Of a stretch of DNA of 64,000 bases, positions 55,915-64,000 are shown piece by piece (within the stretch, counting starts at the first letter, position 1; each line of letters starts with the position of its first letter). Both the position numbers and the translations under genes were made by a program. A model generated the notes under the pieces. It was given only the letters and a program-made list of their open reading frames with translations, did not search any database and was not told the DNA's origin. The DNA comes from Lophium mytilinum (lineage: Eukaryota): positions 937,834 to 1,001,833 of the forward strand of contig MU004189.1 of NCBI GenBank assembly GCA_010093605.1, in the 5' to 3' direction.

Positions 55915-56335
55915 TCCTCAGATACCGCCGTGAGGAGTGGCTTAGCTAGCAGGTACTTGACTAGCTAGAAGGTAGCTTAATTTTCACTACCTTCATCTTA
56001 GGGTTTGCATGATACTGAGTATTGCGCTCAATATTTCTACCTACATTGATATGCCACTCCTTACGCTTCAGTCTTGCTGCTGGATACCACTGTAAGAAGT
56101 TGCTCAAGTATCAGGTAGAAAGATGACCAACGGTAGCATAATCTCTATTGCCTTCATCTCAGAGCCTGCATGATGTTATATATTCAGATCATTGCTTCTA
56201 CGTGCCTTCACATAACACTGCTTACGGTTGAATCCTGCTTGCTGGATACCACAGTAACAAGTGGCTTAACTAGCAGGTAGAGGAAAAGGTAGCCGAATTT
56301 TAGATACCCTAGGAAGGGTTTGAATGATATCAAGG
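55915..56335. repeat. Three degenerate direct repeats of about 162 bp
   Basis: GATACC..GT.A..AGT.GCT.A..TA.CAGGTA recurs at 55921, 56083 and 56246. Confidence 0.7.
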
Positions 56336-56529
56336 TACGCACACCTTGTTAGCAGTGCGTGGGGACCCCCCGTGGGCTTTTGGAAATCTAAACGCGATGT
56401 CAAAGTTGATGCAGTGGAAATCGGGCTACCTTTTGCCTGGTCCTCTACCTGCTAGCTGGGGCGCTCCTTACGGTGGCGTTCGAGCGAGCAAGACTGCAGC
56501 CCGCCCAATGTGCATTTGTATGCCCATGC

Positions 56530-57110
56530 TCAAGATCGATAACTCTACTCCCCAACGCTGAATTCTAAAATGCACTGCTGAAGCGTCCTGAAGATTACTA
56601 GCCCTTCACGCCCTTATTCATCGACTCTCAGTGACTTCCTCCCCACTTAGGAAACCTCCTGGCGGGCCATGCAGGACTACCGTGTTTACTGCGAGGTTCG
56701 CGTCTTCTCCCATGTCTTCAGTACCATATCCTGAGCGCTTGCTTCCGACCGACAGCGAGTCATACTCAGTAATCCGCGCAAGTGTGAACATTTTCAACCT
56801 TAGCAGAGTTCGCAATAGTTCGAATACATTGAGCCCACCGATCGTGCTGCGGTGGAGAACCTTCAGGAGGCCTGGCGATGAGGATGCGTTAGAACGTGAT
56901 ATTTTCGACGGTGTGGTCTTGTTGTTTGAGCATGCGGAGGAATCTTCCGAAGTCGACACTGATGTAATCAAGCTCAACAGTTGTTACAACAGCATAATCG
57001 AGCTAGTGTTAGCTACAAGTCGAGGGCGGATCAAGGTCAAAATTCGAATCCATGATCCCTTCCGTGTCTACTGAAGCTTAATGCGGAGTTGTATCTTGCC
57101 TGCCGTGCAT
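56530..57110 (-). pseudogene. Degraded inverted paralog of the 54423-55862 gene
   Basis: Minus strand reads ...ISVDFGRFLRMLKQQDHTVENITF*RILIARPPEGSPPQHDRWA[frameshift]NVFELLRTLLRLKMFTLARITE. The intact gene reads IKVKVDMLSAMLTQVVPTLETLNLDTVWLARGQQIPTPRHETWAKVFEVLRGMPKLRKLSLADLIE. Confidence 0.7.
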
Positions 57111-57119
57111 ATTCGAATA

Positions 57120-59290
57120 ATTGCATGCGCGGAATAGCGACAAATAACGCCTATGTTACCGAAATAAGCATGCCCAATTTTGGCACGCAGGGATTGGATT
57201 GCCGCATAGATATGAAAGAAACTCGTATATGACGGCAGGTATCGAATTCTCTATAAGTACATGCGCTGAATAGCAACAAATAACGCCTATGTTACCGAGA
57301 TAAGCATGCCCAAATTTGGCACGCAAGTATTGAATTGCCAGGTAGTTATTAAAGGAACTCGCCTATAATAGCCTATATTTATATCTTAATAAGTATATGC
57401 GCAGAATAGCGGAAAGTGGTGCCTGCGTGAACTAGTTCAACGAGCCAAACTTTAGCACGCATAGAGGGTGTTGCCGCGTAGATGTTTTATTATGGACGAA
57501 AGAAAAGGCTATATTTCTTCCAACTTTAGTTCTTAATATGTACGTGAGCAGGGTGGCGGCAAAGAAACTTAGGATTGAGAAGATAAATAGGCTTATGTTT
57601 GGCACGTAGAGATTGCATTGCCGCTTAGATAATCTACCCTGAAAGAGAAAGAGAGCCACATATCTTCCAGCTCCGAAGTTGATTTTATACGCGCGCAGGC
57701 TAGCGATAATAAGAGCCTAGAACAGCAAGATTAATCAGCTAAGTTTCGGCACGTAGAGAAGCAATAGCCGCGTAGATAATACCCCTTGTAGTAAAAGAGC
57801 AAGTTCTATAAATCTCCTCTATCTTTCCTAATATACATGCGCAGAGAGGCGGTAAAGAACCTTCTAATATACCTTAGAAACGCTCTAATATTTAGCACGT
57901 AGAGAGATAATAGCCGCTTAGCTATCACTCTATAAAATAATATACTATTTCTTATCCCTCTTCCCTCCCCCCCCCTACCCCCCCTTCATCTTGCCCATAT
58001 TACGTGCGCTAATAGACGATAAAGAAAAATCTAGTAATTCTAAAAAGTTCCTTAAACTCTAGTATATATGGACTATATAGCCATTTAGCTATAGGTATAG
58101 AAAGTAACCTATTAATCTCTATACCCCCCCCTCTAATCCTTTCTATATTTTTCTATTTACGTGCGCTAATAGGCGATAAAGAACTATATAGGACGTCTAA
58201 AAAGCGCCTTATAATCTAGCACGTAGGGAATACATAGCTACTTAGCTATAGATATAAGAAAGCAGCCTAGTAGTTTCTACTTGCACAGTTTACTTAATAT
58301 ATATTACGTGCACTAATAGGCGGCAAAGAAGTATCTAATAGGTAGGAAACGCGTCCTAGAAATTAACACGTAGGGAAGATATAGCCAATTAGCTATAGAT
58401 ATAGAAGGAAAGCGGCCTAGTAGTTTCTACCTATATTATTTACTTTATATATATATTGCGTGCGCTAATAGGCGGCAAAGAAGGATCTAGTAGGTAGGAA
58501 ACGCGTCCTAGAAATTGACACGTAGGGAAGATATAGCTAATTAGCTATAGATATAGAAGGAAAGCGGCCTAGTAGTTTCTACCTATATTATTTACTTTAT
58601 ATATGTGTTGCGTGCGCTAATAGGCGGCAAAGAAGGATCTAGTAGGTAGAAAACGCGTCCTAGAAACTGACACGTAAGGAAGATATAGCCACTTAGCTAT
58701 AGATCTAGAAGGAAGGCGGCCTAGTAGTTGCTACCTATATTATTCACTTTATATATATTGCGTGCGCTCATAGGCGGCAAAGAAGCATCTAGTAGGTAGG
58801 AAACGCATCCTAAAAACTAGCACACAGGGAATGCATAGCCACTTAGCTATAGTCGTTCGTGGGGGCCCAGTTGTTTCTACCCGCATTATTTACATAATCT
58901 ACATCACGTGCGCTAGTAGGCGGCAAGGAAGCATCTAGCAGGTCTGAAACGCGTCCTAAAAACTGGCATGTAGGGAAGATATAGCTACTTAGCTATATTC
59001 TTTGTTACTTCTGCTTTAAGGTATTTGAGAGCCCCCTGGCCATTAGTCTTGTTATGTCGTTCCCTAACATCCATGAAAACATTTTGGAGTATAGACCTGA
59101 AACTATGGCTGGCAAGAGCCCACAATTGATCCCTCTTTCGACAGTTTTCAATCTTGTGATTGTCTGTGTAGACGCACGAGTCTTTTGAGATAAGGACATT
59201 CCGGAAAATGCATGCGCTAGTAGGTGGAAAGTGTTTGGTGAATATCATACGTCGTGTAGTCCAGTTTGCCGCGTAAAGCGAGTTTATTTG
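57120..59290. repeat. AT-rich tandem array, about 15 units of 136-167 bp
   Basis: The marker CRTGCGC(..TAGGCGGCAAAGAA) or a variant occurs at 57124, 57260, 57396, 57543, 57690, 57836, 58003, 58160, 58307, 58459, 58611, 58761, 58907, (59058, degenerate) and 59211. Confidence 0.92.
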
Positions 59291-59400
59291 GGAGATGAAG
59301 GATCAAGAGAACGTACGTTGAGAGATGGAAAATAAAATGTATGCTCGGTCACCCAGCCAGCTATTTCCGAAGTCGCATCTTGTACTTCTGACCTTCGTCA

Positions 59401-61019
59401 TCACAAGCCTAATTTCGAAGCATCAAACCCCCTATCCGCTAACTGCGCTGCAAACAAGCTCTTCGGCTCGACATGAGTGCCCGGACTCACATATGTTCCA
59501 TTGTTTCCGCTAACAGGCGTCCCGATACAGCCGAAGCAGTAGTTCTGACCGCCGGCGGGGGACTCGATGTCCAACTTCTTCGCGTTCACGTTCCAGCCGA
59601 CAGCTGCGTAGCCGTTGAGCTCTTCCGCCTTTGAATTCAAGAAGGTTGGCCTCGGGATTCACTCACCGTTATTGACCGTCCAGCCATGGCCACTCCCGGC
59701 GGTCGCTCTATTCTTCAAACTCAGTGCCCCACCCTCCATGTTCTCGACCAGCAGCCCATGCGCCCACCGCATGTGCGGCTCGATGCTTTCAACCGCCTGC
59801 TCGTGAACGTAGTTGAGTACTGCGTTCGGGCCCGGGGTTAGTGCCTTCGTCGCTACGGAATACGAACGCGAGTTAGCGGCGCCTTGCGTGCTACAGTTCG
59901 CAACAAGCACTTGGCTCCCGTCAAGCGATATGTCGAGCGCGTAACCCGCACCGTTATCTGTCGCGCCATCCCGGTGCATGGCGATGCTGGACAGGGTAAT
60001 GCGGGATGCGTTATACGCGACTGTGATGAAGTTGTTGAAGCCCGTGAGCGCGAGGTCGCGGATCCAGCTGTCAGTTGACCAGGTGCCGACGAGGAGGGCG
60101 TTGGCGCTACAGGTGGTGTCGCTGAGGATGCGGCCGGAGCAGCTAGGGGATAGGGTGAGGCTGAGGGACTCAAGACCCATTTCGGAGGGCTGGGATGGGG
60201 GCGTGTAGGCGACGAGTTGGGGAGACCACGCTGAGGAGATGGCGTCGGTGAGGGGGACGTCGACGGAGATGGCTTTGCCGTGGATAGATGCAATCTTCCG
60301 GGGTTGTTGGACAAGGGTACCGGGCTGGGAGGGGAGGTTAGTTTGGGTTTATCCGGAGTCTTGATGGTAGGAGATAGGGGGAGTATACATACTTTGATCC
60401 ATGTCTGTACCTTCCCGCTCCTCACGAGCGCATTCATTCCCAGCGCCGCGATCCACGACTTCGTGACCTGCCTCTGTACCATGACGTCCTGACCGACTGC
60501 AAATCCAGATGCATCTGCCACGTGCACTGTTCCTGTACCTGCAGCTATGTAGCTGTCCGTAATCAACGCCGTTTTGACCGGCTTCCCTTTCCCGGTCTGG
60601 GCACCGATAGTGATCACATCCCCGGACAGACTCTTCACGTTCAGGATTGTTTTGCCTACTCCCGCGCCTCTGAGAGTCGTGTAGTTGTTAATCACCAGGC
60701 CAGGAGTAATGGCATATTTGCCAACCTTGAGCGCAACAACGCCGCCACCAGCTTTCGAGACGGTATCGAGGGCGGCTTGAATGGCGGCGGTTTGGTCACC
60801 ACTACCCGGGCTGAGCGTTCTCGTTACCTTGCTGTCGGATGCAGGCAGAGCTTTTTCGGAAGCATGGTAGCCGGAATAGCTGAAGTTGGAAAGTCTGTCG
60901 CCTCTGGAGGTTTTGTAGTTTTTGTAGTCGACTGTGACGGCTGCGACAGACGTGAATGTGGATAGAAAGTAAAGTAGAGATGGCAGGATAACTAATGAAA
61001 GAGTTTTCATGTTTGACAT
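59401..61019 (-). CDS. Secreted pectin-lyase-like (right-handed beta-helix) protein, 3 exons
   Basis: Signal peptide; NFSYSGY, DQTAAIQAALD, GGGVVAL, TLRGAG, EPHMRWAHGLLVEN, GSGHGW, VEPKSLFAAQL. Two GT-AG introns. Confidence 0.85.
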
Positions 61020-61841
61020 ATATGTAAGAGAATGAGCGTGACGAAGTGGAGATGATGCTGGAAAAGGAAGGGTGGGCGACGAGACAAGATGGAGATGATG
61101 AACAAGAAGGTACTTCTTTAGGCACTATCACGATCTCCTTTGATGGTTTAAGTATGTGGTGATGCTGGAGTATTTAATTCACAGGGGCCCGTATAATCGC
61201 GGAACTCCCCAGTGCGATTTAGGCGGCTTCAGCCTCGCTGGGTACAGGCATTGAGAAGAGCGCAACTAGCTGAACCGCAGTTCTATCCTCAGTCGGAGAC
61301 GCCGCATCTCGCAGCCCATGAGAAGTTATTCGGTGAACAAGTATAACATCTCGCAAGACAAGCCCGTGTAAAGTTAACGTATCAGCATGTTGCGAGCTGA
61401 AGATGAAGCTGAGCGGAGAAGAGCTGAGGGTTGGCGATGTGGCGTTGTGGGGCGAGATCTTAGATTTGTCCGTGCTGCACACCGGTAATTTCGACTGAAA
61501 CGCCGTAGGGCTGTGCAGTGGGCTAGTAATTCCTCTTCTGGGGTGCCTCTTGCGAAGTACATTATTGTTACCACCTTGAGCGAGCGCTTTCAACAACATA
61601 TTGGTCAAATTTCCCAGATGTGATTCCAAAGGAGAACTATGACGCCGAGTACTCTCCAGAATCTAATGATATGATATGAGGGTTCTCGTATCAGTATGCA
61701 GTGCCTGCGTTGGTAGCTGATGACAAGCATATAGGCAGACCACTGAACACCGCCTACACGAAGGATGTGCACATACATACGTACATATGATATCTATGCT
61801 TAGGTAGGGGACGCACCTCCACCGGTACCTATATACACTCT

Positions 61842-64000
61842 CTACTTCTTCGAGCCCCGACCGCCCCTACTACTTTTCCCCTTTCGCGGCGTCTTTCCAC
61901 CACCACCGCCGCCTCCTCCTCCAGCCATCATAACCCTAACCTTCCCGACTGGAACTATGCCATAGATCTCAGCTTCTTTCCAGCCCTTGATGAGCTCAAT
62001 CTCCCGTGGCCATATGTACTCAGCATCCTGGCCAGTCTTGTCCACGGTCTTCGGGTTTTTGAACGCTCCATCCCACCGACCAAGAATTTCCTTGACCGCT
62101 TTGCCCTTCTTAGTTGACCCTGGCTGAAGCTTGACTTTGTACTTGTAGCTCGCAAGCGCAGACCAAGGAGCACAAACTGGTATTGCTTCAAGGAGCTCGT
62201 CGCCAGGGAGCGGACGTCCGATGAATGCGTCTAGGCCAGCGAGTTCGAGTTTCGTAGCTTCTTCATCAGCGACACCGTCATCTGCGCCAGTTCCAGCACT
62301 TTCGCTTTCGTGAGCCGCCCGACGAGCCTCTTCCGTGGCTCGGCCGAGAGCTTGTACGCGCAGATGCTGTTCCCGTCGCCGCTGCTTCGCCGCCACTAGA
62401 TCCTCTTCTTTCTTCTTTTTGGCCTCGACCTCAGCGGCTGCCGCCTCTTGGCCTGCCTTAGATCCTAGGAGGCGCATAGCTAATTCGCGATCTTCTTCGT
62501 CTTGTTCTGCGTATTTAGCAGCCTTTTTCTTGGCTTTCGTTCGCTTTCCTCGAGGTAGAGGTTTCGCAGGAGTGTTCGATTGGCTGGAGGATTTGGAAGT
62601 AGTATCATTGGCTGTTGTGTGTGGATCGACCGCCCCGTCCATGTCAGACCGCTCATCGTCGTCGTCCGTGGCGTTGCCACGCATCGAAGGAGGACCGGAG
62701 GGAGTGGGAGTGGGGTCGAGGGACTGTCCTTTACGAAGTAACCGTCTTTCACGCGCAGAAAGGTGGCGACGGCCGGTCTTATCTGTCTGGGCTGTAGACG
62801 CGACGGATTGAACATCGTCTTCGACCTCGTCGGTGCCATCTACAACCTTCGCAGGAAGTGGCTCAGGGCTGGGAATCGGCTCCTTGGTTTCAGGTACTTC
62901 TGCCTCTGGCTGGTCATCGTCTTCAGAATCCGAGTCCTGCACACTCGGCGGTGCTGCTGAATTACCTCTTCCTTGCAAGGGGTTGCTCGTATTCGCTCCC
63001 TCAGAGTCTTCGTCGCTGTCCTCTGATGCGGACTCCAACTTGGCATCAGGGAAATCTTCATCGCTATCGCTATCCGACTGGAAACCTGCAGGCTTCTGCT
63101 GCTCTTGTTCCACTTGATACTTCGCTGCACCTTCCGCTGCACTTCTTTCTGATGCTCCTTCATCTAATAGTCGATGTTTGACATGCTTTGCTTTACTTTC
63201 GTCGCTAATTTGGAACATAACCGCGAAGCCCAGGATTAGCTGTGCAGGGGGCAAGAAATTCTTCTTCCCGCCTATGATGAACCCCCCAGCGGCCAAATAC
63301 TCTCCAGCAGGCGTTGTTTTCGAGACTTGGTTTGCGTTTACCCACCATGCGGACATGACGGCCTTCGAATCCCATGCATCCGAAGTAGCAACTGACAGAT
63401 TGCCGGCCTGGGATAGTGTGGACGGAGGTATTGGCGCGTCCGGAGTTGATGAATTGTTTTTGATGATAACGGAAGATGCGCCATGTAGTTCCGCGTGGAC
63501 GTATACGTCGCCTTTCTTCAAGTATCTCTTGTAAATAATCTCGGCTTGCTGTGCATCCTTGCCGCCGATGACCAAGTAGCCATCAGATGAGATGAAATAC
63601 ATGAATTTCTCAAACCAATGCTGTTTGCGAACAGGCTGAAGAATAGCCTTTTCCTGTTTGAGACCCTTCTTCAGATCGATATTGACCTTCTTCTCAATGC
63701 TCTTCAATGCCATGGTCGATGCCTGTATCGTCTTTCCCTCTTTTACTACGGCGCTCTTCTTTTCATCAAAGTATCTTTTAGCGTTGACCCAAGGCGACTG
63801 TCCAAGATCAATATCAATAGTCAGCCTCTTATCCACAGGCCTCGGAGGTGGTTTCTTCTTTTTCCGTTGATCGTCCTCGCTTTCTGAGTCACCGCTGACA
63901 GAACTTGTTTCGTACCCCTCCTCATCCTCCTCATCGCTCTCCGAGTTTGGTTCGTCGAGTAAAAGCGTCACCGTGTTCTCGTAAAGCTTGAGAGGCAGTT
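61842..64000 (-). CDS. RQC2: Ribosome quality control complex subunit 2 (NEMF/Tae2), 3' part
   Basis: WFEKFMYFISSDGYLVIGGKDAQQ, YVHAELHGASS, QVSKT..GEYL, GKKNFLPP, IPVCAPWSAL..YKYKVKLQPG..KKGKA. Confidence 0.96.
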   Translation of the reverse strand, partial: LPLKLYENTVTLLLDEPNSESDEEDEEGYETSSVSGDSESEDDQRKKKKPPPRPVDKRLTIDIDLGQSPWVNAKRYFDEKKSAVVKEGKTIQASTMALKSIEKKVNIDLKKGLKQEKAILQPVRKQHWFEKFMYFISSDGYLVIGGKDAQQAEIIYKRYLKKGDVYVHAELHGASSVIIKNNSSTPDAPIPPSTLSQAGNLSVATSDAWDSKAVMSAWWVNANQVSKTTPAGEYLAAGGFIIGGKKNFLPPAQLILGFAVMFQISDESKAKHVKHRLLDEGASERSAAEGAAKYQVEQEQQKPAGFQSDSDSDEDFPDAKLESASEDSDEDSEGANTSNPLQGRGNSAAPPSVQDSDSEDDDQPEAEVPETKEPIPSPEPLPAKVVDGTDEVEDDVQSVASTAQTDKTGRRHLSARERRLLRKGQSLDPTPTPSGPPSMRGNATDDDDERSDMDGAVDPHTTANDTTSKSSSQSNTPAKPLPRGKRTKAKKKAAKYAEQDEEDRELAMRLLGSKAGQEAAAAEVEAKKKKEEDLVAAKQRRREQHLRVQALGRATEEARRAAHESESAGTGADDGVADEEATKLELAGLDAFIGRPLPGDELLEAIPVCAPWSALASYKYKVKLQPGSTKKGKAVKEILGRWDGAFKNPKTVDKTGQDAEYIWPREIELIKGWKEAEIYGIVPVGKVRVMMAGGGGGGGGGKTPRKGKSSRGGRGSKK

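Noticed and set aside
57120..59290. CRISPR array interpretation of the conserved-block/variable-linker repeats
   Set aside because: Eukaryotic context, no cas genes, units too long, and the linkers are homologous to each other (near-identical in units 9-12).
57120..59290. Intact repeat-protein gene (ankyrin/TPR/LRR)
   Set aside because: Unit lengths are mostly not multiples of 3, all frames are rich in stops, and I found no consistent exon/intron phase.

Overview
Eukaryotic, intron-rich DNA from a filamentous ascomycete (probably a Dothideomycete; this is inferred, not proven). Housekeeping genes dominate 1-14.3 kb (spherulin/germin cupin, UGGT/KRE5, MFS transporter, LRO1, MAK3, intron-containing tRNA-Ala(AGC)) and 33-48.5 kb (CAP20/perilipin, RPL27, the divergent galactofuranose pair glfA/glfB, RPL18, RET3, a PPR protein). 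The window ends in a pectin-lyase-like secreted protein and the 3' part of RQC2. Two accessory-looking blocks lie between these. (i) About 15-31 kb: an F-box gene with a GC-AG intron, a Thr-rich PAN-domain adhesin-like gene, a Tc1/mariner fragment with a RIP-type stop, a convergent AIM9/APH-like kinase plus PD-(D/E)XK-like nuclease pair, and a frameshifted WD40 pseudogene. (ii) About 54-59.3 kb: an intact F-box-like gene, three 162-bp repeats, an inverted mutated pseudogene paralog, and an AT-rich array of about 15 units of about 150 bp with internal inverted motifs. Other candidates are a 74-aa microprotein behind a long AUG-free leader, a long-range stem in RPL27 intron 2, a leaky-scanning N-terminal extension on GlfA, and recurrent C-to-G skew flips. 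Exon boundaries were read by eye; no database search or folding program was run.
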